Below the pieces are notes generated by a model that had not been told where the DNA came from, searched no databases, and saw nothing but the letters and a program-made list of their open reading frames with translations. From an uncultured Acidobacteriota bacterium (GTDB lineage: Bacteria > Acidobacteriota > UBA6911 > RPQK01 > JAPXNP01), in NCBI GenBank assembly GCA_963777605.1, contig CAVZRV010000007.1, forward strand, positions 992,001 through 1,056,000: DNA of 64,000 nucleotides, in the 5' to 3' direction. Below, one piece after another: positions 50,844 to 63,218 of the stretch (within the stretch, counting starts at the first letter, position 1; each line of letters opens with the position of its first letter). Position numbers and translations under genes: made by a program.

Positions 50844-52980
50844 ATGGCCAGCGGCTCGCTCTTGGCTCTTGTTGCTCTTCTCATCCAATTGCCGCCCGGT
50901 GGAAACACTGCGCCAACGCTGACGCTCCCGGCCAGCACGGTGTCGGTTACGCAGGGGCAGAACGTCAATGTGACGGCCACGTCCGTCGATTCCAGCGGCG
51001 ATACACTGGGATTCACCTGGCTGTTCAATTCGACGACGGTCAATACCCAGTACATCAGCACCGTCAAGTCGAGTACGATGACTTATCGATCGACGTTGAC
51101 CTATCCGACGGCCGGCCTCTCGCCCGGTTCGTATACCTTCAGCGTGCAGGCATTTGAAACCTCCACGTCCGATAAGTTCGGGTCAGTGAAGCGATTTCTC
51201 ACGGTTATCGTGAACTCGGGCGGCAGCGGCGGCGAGCCCGGCTTTTTCGAACAGCAAATTGGGTCGTGCCAGGGAAACCCCGGACCTACCCTGGTCAGTA
51301 TCCTTCCCGACCCAAGGCAGGGCCAGATCCTCCTTTCGGGCGGACAGACTGCCAACGTGCAGTTGGTGTTTACCGACAGTTCCCAGCTCAACGCTCCTCT
51401 GGGCGGAGTCCAGACCGGCGTATCGACCGGGACTTGGGATCTAGCCAGTTGCAGCAGAAAGGGATCGACCCGAATGGGAGCGTTCCTCTGGCCATGACGG
51501 ATCCGACGCAGGCACGCATGACGCTGTCGTTCCAGACACCGTCGGGACTTACGGGCGACGCGAATGCCTACGTGACGGCGACTGACGTTTTGGGCTGCTC
51601 AAGCACCGTGGGTTTTGGTTTGAACTTCACTGATACCCCAGTTAGCTCCGTGCCGTCGGCGAGAATCCGTTTCGATACGAACGGCGACGGGGCATTTGAG
51701 GGCTCTACGCCAACAGTTACAGTCGAAACCGAGTCACGTGAAATCTCTCTCGATGCGTTGGAGAGCAGCGATGATGAGGGGCTCGAAAACCTGACTTTCC
51801 TCTGGACTCTGAATGCTCCGAGCGGATTAGCAACATTGTCACCTGTCAGCGGGCCAACGACGACCCTTAAAGTCGATCCCGTGAAATCGGGTAATGTGAC
51901 GGTAACGCTGACCGCCGCGGACTCGCAGGGTCAGTCGGGGCAGGCGAGCGTGACGTTTTCGGTCCTCAGGACGGGTCCCACCGCTGATTTTCTTGTGATC
52001 CCGCCGAGCGTAGAGTCCGGTTCCGAGTTCAGGGTGATCCCCAAAGCTGTAAGTGGGGGAGGGGGCGGACAGTTTCAGTACGACTGGAGTGCCGAAGATG
52101 AGTACGGTCAGGCCATTAGTGTCTGCGCCTGCGGGGGTATTGGGTCAGCCCTTGTTACAGCTCCTATACTCGGGGAAGCGGAGGAATCGAGAACTCTTAC
52201 AGTCACTGTCGTGGCGATTGAGGACGGCATGGCTTCGGTCCCGGTGACTAGAGAGGTCATAGTCCGCCGACCAACGCTGTACTTCTCCCAACTGGCGGTT
52301 GGGGCAATCACCGATTCCCTTGAGTTCCAGACCACGATTGCACTCGTCAATGACACAGAAGAGACTGTCAATGCCGTTGGGATCTTTGCGAACAACGAAG
52401 CGGGAGCCGACTGGTCGGTTGTTGCAGATGGCACTCCGGCGAGCACCTTGGAACTGAGTCTCCCAGCCGGGGCCTCTCGGATCATCACTCTAACCGGCGA
52501 TGAGGTGGCGATTGGCTGGATGTCGTTGACCTCTGATGCCCCGTTGACGGGTTATCTTTTCTACCGGGTGGCGAACCGACAGACAGGACGTCCGGTGAGT
52601 GAAGTGCCGGTGCTGCCGACGAACGGGACACATTTCCGGACTGCGCTTGGACCGGGGCAGAACCAAGATGTGGCCATCGCACTCGTCAACACCGGAGATA
52701 GCCCAACCCAATTCCGGATCGTAGTGAAAGAGTTCCCTGTCGGAGACGAGGGAGCGGACATGACGCTTGCGACTCAGGCCATTGAGCTGGGACCAAAGCA
52801 GCACCTCGCCCAATTCCTCAACGAACTGATGGCGGACGACGGCCCACTCCCGATTCCGGCGTCCTTTTCCGGGGTTCTCTTTCGATTGAAGTGGTCAGCG
52901 GAAGCCCGTTGTCGGCAACCATATTGAAGACGCTGGACGGCTTCCCACTTTCAATATTGCCTGTTGCTACGAGGGATTAG
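50844..52980 (+). CDS. Large secreted Ig/PKD-like repeat protein with Acidobacteria-type C-terminal domain; frameshifts near 51440 and 52875
   Basis: Signal peptide; NTAPTLT, LDALESSDDEG..LTFLW, VTLTAADSQG; C-terminal LYFSQLAVG..FQTTIALVN..IALVN..HLAQFLNEL. Confidence 0.65.
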
Positions 52981-53081
52981 GCAGAGTTCATCGCCGGCAG
53001 GATCGGCAAGCGGTGGGCATGGCTGGTTGAGGGACTGGCTCCCTCGATCCCAACATCCCAGCAAAACTCAACTACTTCTCT

Positions 53082-53121
53082 ATTTCCAATCCAATAGTTG
53101 GATTTCCTTGGGATGCTGGGA
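53082..53121 (+). repeat. 40-bp direct repeat, copy 2
   Basis: Identical to 50626-50665. Confidence 0.9.
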
Positions 53122-53438
53122 CAGTGGGCCTGAAAGGCCCGAGGCGAGGGTATGGATTGAGACTGCTTCTCCGGGACGACCGGCCTCGAAACTAATCATC
53201 AATCCATTCAGTGGACGGGCATTACCAGAGTATTCTGACCGGATTGTAAGCCGGTCAAACGCAGGCAGGTGGTTGGCTTGCGAAAGTCCCTATCCCTCAA
53301 AATGCACCGAGAAGTGGTGACCTGTAACCTTTTCCTATCTGGAAGCAAATACCCCTAACAGAACGGGCGCTGCAGCAAGCCTAGACAATCGAAAAACTAG
53401 AGACCGGTCTCCATTTTTGCTTTAAGGAGAACGTGCAA

Positions 53439-53952
53439 ATGCAGAAGAAACTTGTGTTGTTTGTGATGACATTTCTGTTGGCCTTGACGGGGCTGGCGTT
53501 CGCTGGGTCCTCCACCGCCAACGGCTGGTATGAAGGGAAAGAGATCTATTACCTCGACGAAAGGATTTGAAGACAACCTTCACGCATCGGAGAATGGGCC
53601 GATATCTACGTGATTGGAGGGGATCGAGCCTACCAAGCCAACGTTGTGGAGTTCATACCGGGTGAACGTGGCTATTCTCCCCATTGGGACGTGAACGTCG
53701 TGCACACCGCTCCGGGCGTGACCCTGGCGATGACATCGTCGCATCGCCCTATGTTTCAGAGCATTACTGCAACGGAAGGCGTCTTGTTCGACGATGTGGG
53801 CGATATCCTCGCCGCTCAGGCAGCTGGCTTAGTTAACGATCGAGGAACCGGGTTTGATCGTGCTCTGTCCGATCGTTTCAGCACAGGCTGCGGACGCACC
53901 GGGAAACAATCCCAAATCGGAGGACTTCCAGCCCTTTCCGGATACCTTCTAA
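53439..53952 (+). pseudogene. Small secreted protein with several frameshifts
   Basis: AAGGAG RBS; [23 protein letters not shown] signal peptide; GWYEGKEIYY; continues as QANVVEFIPGERGYSPHWDVNVV in another frame. Confidence 0.6.
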
Positions 53953-54617
53953 ACGCCAAGTCTGGCTTTGACCGGGGTCTGTGAATGCGAGCAGGCCCCG
54001 AAAGGCTTAGGCCTTTCACCGGAAACTATCAGCAGCCGTGTGTTCCTCCTGTAAAACTTAGCTTGGCGGCTTGGCATTTCCCATGGAAAAGGGAAAAAAT
54101 ACCAACGTCCCTACTGCACCCCCAGCTTCACCTTCGAAAAGTCCTCCACCACGGACTGTGATCCATTCTCGAACTTAACGACGGCGTAGAGGCCTTGGTG
54201 GATCTAGGTTCGAGAAGCTGATACAGGGCTTGGCTAGTGAGTTCTCTCGCAGGATGATGATCCGGCCCATTCGATATGGCTCAGCGGTGGATTGCAGAAG
54301 AGGCAATCGCCGATCTTGAGGGTGGAGGGGTTGGGGGTTAATTGCCACTTTCCGATGGGACGATGACAGCTCAGAAGCCTGCTGGCCAGACGAAATACAG
54401 TTTTGCAGTTTGGAATGCTTTAAAGGGGGGATATAAAACAGAGTGCGCGTCTCGTCCCATGCCGAGAAGGAGACGTAATAGACGCTCGGGGTGGGGTGAG
54501 GCATTTGATTCCGGGGAAGGGGTTCTATCGCTCGTGACGTTTCCGAGGCTGCCATCGGGGCGGTTGACTGGGTTTGCTCAAAGGTGAGAATCAGACATTG
54601 ATCGCCTCGTTTCGGTA

Positions 54618-54812
54618 ATGGAGGTACTTCACAGTGGGATATGGGGACAGGTGTCAGGTCTGTGGGCAGGCTTCTTGGGGAGTGATAAGCGGAACGGCAG
54701 GTACCTCTGTAAGACTTGCCGAAACGTCACGGGTCGGACATCTGGAAGCTACTACTGCAATTCGTGCGGTAATCACTCCGCATCAGCATTGATGAAGGGC
54801 AGCGGGTGGTAA
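54618..54812 (+). CDS. Small Cys-rich (CxxC...CxxC) hypothetical protein
   Basis: YLCKTC...YYCNSCG. Confidence 0.35.
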   Translation: MEVLHSGIWGQVSGLWAGFLGSDKRNGRYLCKTCRNVTGRTSGSYYCNSCGNHSASALMKGSGW

Positions 54813-55101
54813 GGAGTTGATCCTTTATCTTTTCTACATCGTGCGCGGCGTGATCTACTCGATCTGGAGAAGAAGCGGAGAGCTCAATGTTTGCGCGGTT
54901 TGTAGGGCTCCGCCTTGTTCCTGCTTCGGCAGCGCGTCCGGGTGCAGCACAACGGATTCTAGAGCTGAGAGACGAAAAAGAGTGTCCTTCTGTGCAGAGA
55001 AGATCTTGGTCAAAGCCAAGGTCTGCAAACATTGCGGGCGGGATGTGGAACTCTCCGATTAGAGAAGAATGATGCTCATTTCAGAATGAAGGAGTTTGGA
55101 A

Positions 55102-55326
55102 ATGCCTTTAGATCTTAAGGACTTAGAGGAGTTGCGTTGCCCCGAGTGCCATAAGCCACTGGTAATAGTTCCCGTTGAGGGATGCACAGACAAGTTCCGC
55201 TTCCTTGGGTGTGCATGTCCTGACAAGGAGGAGTTCTTCTTGCCTCCAACAATCGCGTTCGGACCCAAGCGGGGTCCAATGTTCCTTTATGTCCCCAAAA
55301 AGGATTCCGAGGTTGCTGCTGACTGA
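55102..55326 (+). CDS. Small zinc-ribbon hypothetical protein
   Basis: AAGGAG RBS; LRCPECHKPL...GCAC. Confidence 0.45.
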   Translation: MPLDLKDLEELRCPECHKPLVIVPVEGCTDKFRFLGCACPDKEEFFLPPTIAFGPKRGPMFLYVPKKDSEVAAD

Positions 55327-55489
55327 GATCTGCTGCGCAGTGAATGCGAGATTGCAGCTCTCAATCCAGCTGGTGCGTAGCAGTGTGCAGTCCGCGCAGT
55401 GAGTAGTGGTTCGCTTCTGTGGGGCCAACTATTCGTCGATAATCCGGGTGGCTCTGATCGATATAGTGCAGGTGCAAGGAGAGTGCACA

Positions 55490-55780
55490 AATGCCCAGAA
55501 AAGCAACTTCGCCCACGTTGAGCTAAAGGTCCTGTTAAAGTCTCGCAGGCGATGCGCTCAGTGCGTTGGGCTACACCAGAGACTCGAAGTGAAACAGAGC
55601 GAGTCCGCACATCGACAGAAACGCACAGCACTGCTCGGTAGATAACCTCGCCTTCCTCTGCCTTGCACATCACGACGAGTATGACAGCAAAACCAGCCAA
55701 TCAAAGGGAATCACCAGCAAGAGCTAAAACAGTACCGAGACCAGCTCTACGAGGATCTCGAATCTGAGGAACAGTTTTCT
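55490..55780 (+). pseudogene. HNH-like nuclease fragment
   Basis: Read across frames: KVLLKSRRRCAQC...HIDRN...DNLAFLCLAHHDEYDSKTSQSKG...ELKQYRDQLY. Confidence 0.5.
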
Positions 55781-56959
55781 TGGCCCGACTCCCCTTTCGC
55801 CCAACACGAGAAAGGGCCTCCTGAAAGCCTCGTGCCAATAGCCTGTACGATCAACAAATAGCAGTCTATCGAGTAGTGCGGGAGTTTCTCGGTGAGATAT
55901 ATCGTCGAGCGACAATTACTAGGGAACAGCTTGCACGATACAATCATGGAATTGATGAAGCATTGTTCCTTTTCCGCAGTAACGAGTTCACTGCGTACTT
56001 AACGGAATTGGCGAACAAGGCCATACGGCTGATGCATACACACGAAAGACTTGAAGATCAGACCTTGCCGGTGAGTGAGCGGCGCACCGATTTTGCAGAA
56101 GAGAATGCACACTTACTCGAGTGGTTTTCGGAGCAGTTTGAGGTTGTTCGGCAGAAATTCTATGAACAGATTCTGGGAGTCCCCAAGTCGAATCCTTGGA
56201 GCAGTCTCAGCGAATCCTCTCAGATCGGGACACAGACGACATACCGTTCTTTTCAGATACTATCTGCCTAACGGCTGGGCAGAACGACCAATTCGTTGAA
56301 TTTCTAGAGGCAAATTGTGGCCGGATAGTTTACTTGAATGCCAGCTCGATTTCTCAGTCTCAACTGAAGAACAGCATGAGCTGGCTCGAAGGGAAGGGCT
56401 TGGGTCGATTGTCGATGTCTATGAGAAGTTGCAGGATCACGCTGTCGTTGCATGAGCGGCAGGGCAGGTCATTTATCCTGCAGTTCCGCTTCCTCGCGAA
56501 TCATCAGCTGAATACTTCAGCTGGGGGACTGGGATCTGTACTGCAGAGCCACCGGTTTCTTTGATCTCTCGCGCACATTTCACAGCGGTCTGACGGTTGT
56601 GTTCCACTTGTTGAGGCTCCTTTGATCTCAAGGTCGTATGCTAAATAGTACGAGAAATTTGCGTCGCCTCCACAGTCTGGACTGCCGAGAACAGCTGTTC
56701 GCTAGCTGAGACTACGCAAAAATACGCTTGAGCGTGTTCAATTGAGGTCAACTAGGTTATCGTGAGTCTTCGTGAGCTTGAATGAGAGCTGGTATCGGTA
56801 GAAGTCGATGTTAGTGGTTACGCGAAGGGCACGACGCAACGCAGGTATCTTCCATTGCGATGATGACTCTCTCACGGACTGATTGGGCTCAGCAAGTTCA
56901 TCAGCGAGGTAACATATAGCGTTGAATTTGGCAACTACACGTCGGAGGCTTGACTTTCT

Positions 56960-57351
<392 letters not shown>

Positions 57352-57544
57352 TGTATGAAGCTGCTGTCATGACACTGATCGGAGTAAATGTATCTGAGAC
57401 TCGGCATCACTCCGCAGTAGAGAATCGCGGTGATCATCTCTCGTCCCTCGATCGAATCGCAGGCGATCAGCACTTGCCTCAATTGCCTCGCTGGAGCTTC
57501 CGCCAGCGACCGAAGGACATATGCCAGTTCAAAAGCCAGCACTT

Positions 57545-58467
57545 TTAGACCTGGAAGACCTGCGCGTTGCGCCACTCCAGCAATGCTGGATCGGGCGAGT
57601 CTTCGGGTAAATCTGGGTTCGGATTCGTCGACCGTGGAACGGTTGGGAAGAACAGCCATTAGAAAAGTCCGCTTCGAGCATGGGACGATCTCAAAACGAT
57701 GGTCGGTCGTGATGGTGACGTAGCCCTTGTCGAAGAGTCCGTGGATGTCCGAACGGAGGAGCAGGCCGTTGGAGACCCGGTGCACTCCGCCAAGGTGGTA
57801 AGGGCGGATATGTCCGGCGTCGAGCGCGGGAAGGGAATGCTCCCGAGTGACCGCACAGGCCCGGCCATAGGCATCGAGAACGCTGGCCCGGAAAATTCCT
57901 TGGCCAATTCGGGGCCGGATCAGCTGGGGATCACCATATCGAGACTCCACGCTGGCAACTTCTGCGTCAATCATTCGGGACTGCGTAACTGCCCGGCAAT
58001 GGTCCCAGATCCGCTTACCCTCACCAGATGGCCAAATCGTATCCGGCACCTTGGACGGTCTGTCGCTCCCAATCTTCGGGCTGGGGAATCCATACGGAGC
58101 GGTGGAAGAAGATCGGCTCGGCGATCATCAGGCATCCGATCTCATATCGGTCATCGTGGGCACGGTTCGTGGATTTCCGGTATTTCTCGATCCGGCGGAC
58201 CATATCCTCGTAGTTGGCAGCACCGTTCGCAAGATCGAAGTCGTCCCACGCCAGCTAAGCAGGAAGCACCGTCTTACGGATGAAGTATCCGAACCCTGCG
58301 ATGGCATAGTAGGGTTTCTTCAACTTGAAGAAGAAGGGGGCTCCGGGCGGGACAGCCTGGAATGGTCGAGTGTCGGACGGCTGCCAGAAGTTGACCTCCT
58401 CAAGCCTGGTTTGGGCCAAGAGGAAGCGGTACCAGTCGTGGTCGGTGTTGGGGATGTACCCCTTCAT
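57545..58467 (-). pseudogene. HNH endonuclease (putative restriction endonuclease) with several frameshifts
   Basis: TDHDWY..EVNFWQP..FFFKLK, IGC, PRIGQGIFR..VLDAY..CAVT, AGHIRPY..GG....SNGLLLRSDIHGLFDKGY, LLEWRN. Confidence 0.8.
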
Positions 58468-58796
58468 GCGGACAGCAGGCTCAGCATAGGGTTTCACTCC
58501 AGCATTGGCAAGTGTTGGACCACCACTAATGGGTTCCTGGAGGCGAAGCCCCACTGCCGATCCGTCAGCTTTCAGCAGGTCCTTGTTTCGGAGCGACTTC
58601 ACAGAACGTGAGCACGTAACCAGGAGGACTTGATCTCCTCCGCCGGAGGGACTAGGCTGATTGTATAACTTGGTCGGTGCTGACCGGTCTCCGCCGGTTC
58701 TCCTGATCCAGCTCTGATACGTTTTCGCAATTCAACCGGACGAGGCCAGCCGACACTGTCCGCAAACCTGCCATTTCTTATGTGGAGGAGAGATCA

Positions 58797-59740
58797 ATGC
58801 GAAAACAACAACTGGGTTGGCTGCTGATCGCGACTGCCGTGCTGGTGCTATGCCTCGGCAGCCTGGTTGCGCAGGGTGTGGGTGAGCCAAATGCCAAGGA
58901 CCGACCCCTTCGGATCCTTACTTACAACATTCATCATGGGACCGGAAACCTGGAGTGCCTGCCTGGCGAGACAACCCCACGAGACTGCGACTTCGACCTG
59001 GCGCGGATCGCCGAAGTCATTCGGTCTCAGGAACCCGATTTGGTCGCGCTCCAAGAGGTCGATCGGTTCTGGGCGCGAAGTGCCTACACTGATCAGCCGG
59101 AACTGCTTACGGATGTGCTTGGAATGAAGGGCTGCTACGGGGCAAACCTGACTCTTTCGCCCGATGCGGAGTCCGACATGCCACGCCAGTACGGCGTTCT
59201 GATTCTCAGCCGATTTCCGATCCTCGCATGCGAGAACACGTTCTTGCCGAGTGTGCAGCCTGGTGATCCTCCGGTCGAGCGCGAGCAGCGAGGGTTGCTC
59301 AAAGTGATCGTCAACGTTCGAGGCGTGCCACTTACTTTTTATGATACGCACCTGGAGCACACGAGCACTTACCAGGATGTCCGCGCTGCCCAAGTCGAAG
59401 CGATCTATCAGTTGGTCGGGAACTTCAATGGACCGACAATTCTGGCTGGGGACCTTAACGCCGAGCCGGATGCCCTGAACTGGCACCTTTGTTCTCCCTG
59501 TTCCTGGATTCCTGGGTGCTCGGAGGAGATGGCGGAGAGGGATTCACCTATTCGGCAGACCCTGCCGAAGACCTTGACCGTCGGATCGACTATGTACTCG
59601 TCTCGGAGGATGTTTCGGTTCTAGAGACGACGGTAGTGAACAATGAGCTGATGGGCATCGCCTCGGATCACTTCCCGGTTCGAGTGGACGTCGAGTTGCC
59701 TGGATCTGCCGTGGGCATCGGACTCGGTCACCGAAAGTAG
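58797..59740 (+). CDS. Secreted endonuclease/exonuclease/phosphatase family protein; frameshift near 59480
   Basis: LTYNIHHG, ALQEVD, THL, AGDLNA, then RIDYV and ASDHFPV in the next frame. Confidence 0.85.
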
Positions 59741-60563
59741 GCTTGGACCAGTCGCTGACACCGGTGCTAAGGACTTGGTGTCCTGCAAAGCGAACTTCTG
59801 ACTGCTGTTGGGACAATTGTGGGGGCCTCGATGATTTGCGGACGGATACCCTCAGAGAATCCGAGGCTCCACTCCCACGACTTGCGATCGATGGTGCATA
59901 ACCAAGGCGCAGGTCCAGGAATGGTCGAACAAGCCGGACTGTCGGAGAGGTAGCTCAGAGGTCTAAACGGGTTAGCGACCAGTCCCGCAAGAATTGTCCA
60001 CTCGTTGGATTCAATCCGCAGCACACCCGTTCAGCGGCAATTCTGCATGTATCCACTTTTGTGTATCCGCCTCAGTTGATGAAGTGAGGGTGGATATTTT
60101 TCCGTATTTTCCCCGGAGGAACCGCTGGCCGGAAGGCGGTAGTGTAGATCTGTTGTCATGAAATCTGCCGAGAATTCAACGCAACTTCTGGAGCTAGCCA
60201 TCAAATTGGCCGCTCGACACGACCTCCCGGTGCCAGAAGTCCTCGCATTCTTATCATCGAAGGAAGCCCAAGATAGATGTTCAGGTCTGAGAAGCCTTTT
60301 CCACACTCGGCAGCGGAGGAACGGGAAGCAAACTCCTGAAAGTTCTTCTCTTCATCACCTGCGCCTGCCCCAGCGAACCTGATGTTGCTCCGCAAGAGTC
60401 CAAGCCCTGCGCTCCTCCACTGACCTCCAAAGATGTATCCGTTTTGTATCCGCGCCAGTTGGTAAGTAGTGGTAAATTCCTTGGGTCTGACCTGTCCACT
60501 GATCCCTTTAAATGATTGTTGAATCAGGGTTTTGGTTAGCTTTGGGAACCTGCGGTTCCCGAA

Positions 60564-60622
60564 CTTGAAAACCGCTGTACGGGTAACCGTACCGTGGGTT
60601 CGAATCCCACCCCCTCCGCCAA
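60564..60622 (+). repeat. Distal att site: duplicated 3' half of tRNA-Ser
   Basis: CTTGAAAACCGCTGTACGG...CCCCTCCGCCAA, identical to 47294-47352. Confidence 0.95.
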
Positions 60623-60802
60623 AATTCGCACTTCCCACTTCGTTCTCGCAATTCGAAATCGTCATTCGTCCTCGCCGTTTGCGTTTTGGAAGCGGGAAAC
60701 GGGAGGTTTCGGGTTCCTCGTTTCGGGACGTGGACTTCGGTGCGTGTTGCCTAACAGCCGATGGGAACCCTGAGACACGGTTCCGGGTTTCTGGTTCCTG
60801 GC

Positions 60803-60900
60803 GTAATCCAGGCAGCCATGCCTGAGATCTCTCCCGGGCAGCCTGCTCGCTCCAAGGTAATCCAGGCAGCCTTGCCTGAGATGTCGGCCGGGCAGCCTGC
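60803..60900 (+). repeat. Two-unit tandem repeat, 54-bp period
   Basis: GTAATCCAGGCAGCC(A/T)TGCCTGAGAT...CCGGGCAGCCTGC at 60803 and 60857. Confidence 0.7.
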
Positions 60901-61805
60901 CCGGCGGAAGGGATCATGGTCAATCCAGATTGCTTGATTTCCGGGTTGACCTGAAACGGCACGCCACCGGGATTGAATCGCACTTTCGGTGCTGCATTCC
61001 CACCGGGCTGAAAATGACCCTGCGCCGTTGGCGCGTCTCGGGCAACGCGGGTCCAGTTTTACTCTTTGAATGATTCGCCTTGATCCTTCCGGTGCCGCCT
61101 ACTATGCTACGAATCGCTCCGCGGACGTTCGCCATGAAACGAGGGACGACTGGATCTGTTGTTGTCGGTTTCTTCCTCTTCCTGCTCTTCTTTGCCTTAA
61201 TCTGTCCCGCTTTTCTTCAATCCCAACATCGCAGTGGAACCCTCGTTAGCCGGTGGACTTCGTCAAGGCAAGTTTGGTAGTGGCATCGAGAAGTACACCA
61301 CCATTCCTTTGGCGGGCCAGACGCTCAGCCAATGCTCATATATTGGAGTGAGATCATCGGGTGCCTTGCTCAGAAACTCCTGCTGAGTTGTCTTACCTTT
61401 AGATTGGATCGATGTTCCAGTTTCTTCCGCTGCCACGACGACTTTGGGTCGTTCAGTTACGTACTGAACTTTGATGACTCCCCTGGTTTTCTCAACGGTC
61501 CGACTCACCGGCTCCACGGCGGGTGAGGAGTTGCCCACTCCAGGACGACGCCTCCCTGTCGTACCGGACAAAATTCTCGGTCCAAAGGTTCGCCAGCCCC
61601 TGTTCGTCACAAAGGGCTGTCGAGCGAGGCCTCACTGTAGACGAATCCTCTCTTGCTTCCACCAGGAAGAACCGCGGTATGGGCAGGAAGTCGCGGCCTC
61701 ACGTGCAGCCGCAATCCTGGAATTTCCACTTCGGTGGCGCTATCCATATACTGGGATTGAGCTTTTACCGTTGACGTTCTTTTCCTACTTCCGTATCCAA
61801 AGCAG

Positions 61806-63218
61806 ATGAAAGTTATGTTGCCATGGTACAAAGCGGCGATTACACTTTCTCGCCTCCTCATCATTGTTGTGCTTTCCTTGGGAAGCTGTGCGCGCTACAA
61901 ACCGGCACCGATCGATCGACCCCATGTCGAGAAAGAGTTAGCTCCTCTCTCCGACGATCAGATTGAAATTGAGGCGAAGTCAATCGTGCACCCCATTCTC
62001 GAGCCGTTGGAGATCGACTTGGGCGACGGTTTGTCTCCGGACGAGGCCGCGCTCGTCGCAGTCCTGGTCAATCCGACGCTCCAGGGAGTTCGAGACCAAA
62101 GAGGCATCGCTGCGGCTCAGTTGCTGCAAGCCGGAATTCTGCCCAATCCACAGCTTTCGTCCAACCTCGACGTGCCTGCCGGCGGGAGTACGCAGGGAAC
62201 GGTAACGGGCCTGGGTACCGTTCTGGATTACGCCTTTTCAGAGCTCTTGACTCGACAGCTGGCAATCCAGGCAGCCCAGGCCGGAGCGGATTCGGTCGAA
62301 CTCTCCGTGGCCTGGCAGGAATGGCAGGTAGCCGAATCCGCCAAGCTTCGCGTTTATAGGGTTACGTTCCTGGATCGACAGGCTGCGGTGGCCGCCGATG
62401 AGGTAGCGGGACTCCGGGAGAATCTGGCTACAGTACAAAAAGCAGTTGATTCCGGAGATATGACGATCATCAACCAGTCGGCGGCCAAGGCGGCTCTAGA
62501 AGACGCGCGGGTGTCGCATCTCATGATCAAACAAGAGCAGTCACAGGAAAAGTTGGCGTTAAACGAATCCCTCGGGTTTTCCCCTGACCGACCTGTGAAG
62601 CTTCAGTCCAGGATCGATCCTCCCAATGCTGTGGGACTCCCGAGCCTGGAAGCTGTGCTGGACAAGATGGAGGAGCGACGGCTTGACCTACTCGCGCTCA
62701 AGAAGGGCTACCAAAGCCAGGATACCCGCCTCAGGATCGCGATCCGCAACCAGTTCCCGAAGCTCAGCCTCGGGTTCTCTGAACAGCGAGATACCGGGAA
62801 TGTTGTGACATCGGGTTTCGGGATCTCAATCAGCCTTCCGTTTTTCAATCGCAATCAAGGCCAGATTGCATTTATGGAAGCATCCCGAAAGCAGTTGTTC
62901 GACGAGTACGTCGGACGGGTTTTCGAAGCGCGAGCCCAGGTTGCCCGCATCGTGGCCAACATTTCGTCGCTCACGGAACGTTTAAACGCTGCCGAGGACT
63001 CGGTTGATACCCTGCAAGAGCTAGTGCAGACCTACCGGCAAGCCCTTTTGGAAGGAAGTGTCGATGTCTTGAGTTATTACAGAGCCCGGAACGAGTGGTT
63101 CACCAGGCGGATCGAGGTGATCCGTTTGAAACGGGATCTTGCGGATCAAATTGTCGCCCTCGAAATTGCTTCGGGCTACTACCTGGATCATTCTTCCGGC
63201 GTGAAGGGGACTCCATGA
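61806..63218 (+). CDS. TolC family outer membrane efflux lipoprotein (CzcC-like)
   Basis: Lipobox LGSC, NPTL, AGILPNPQL, ISLPFFNRNQG. Confidence 0.88.
   Translation: MKVMLPWYKAAITLSRLLIIVVLSLGSCARYKPAPIDRPHVEKELAPLSDDQIEIEAKSIVHPILEPLEIDLGDGLSPDEAALVAVLVNPTLQGVRDQRGIAAAQLLQAGILPNPQLSSNLDVPAGGSTQGTVTGLGTVLDYAFSELLTRQLAIQAAQAGADSVELSVAWQEWQVAESAKLRVYRVTFLDRQAAVAADEVAGLRENLATVQKAVDSGDMTIINQSAAKAALEDARVSHLMIKQEQSQEKLALNESLGFSPDRPVKLQSRIDPPNAVGLPSLEAVLDKMEERRLDLLALKKGYQSQDTRLRIAIRNQFPKLSLGFSEQRDTGNVVTSGFGISISLPFFNRNQGQIAFMEASRKQLFDEYVGRVFEARAQVARIVANISSLTERLNAAEDSVDTLQELVQTYRQALLEGSVDVLSYYRARNEWFTRRIEVIRLKRDLADQIVALEIASGYYLDHSSGVKGTP

Noticed and set aside
60564-60622. A second tRNA-Ser gene
   Set aside because: Only the 3' half is present, with no D-arm or 5' acceptor strand; it is an att remnant
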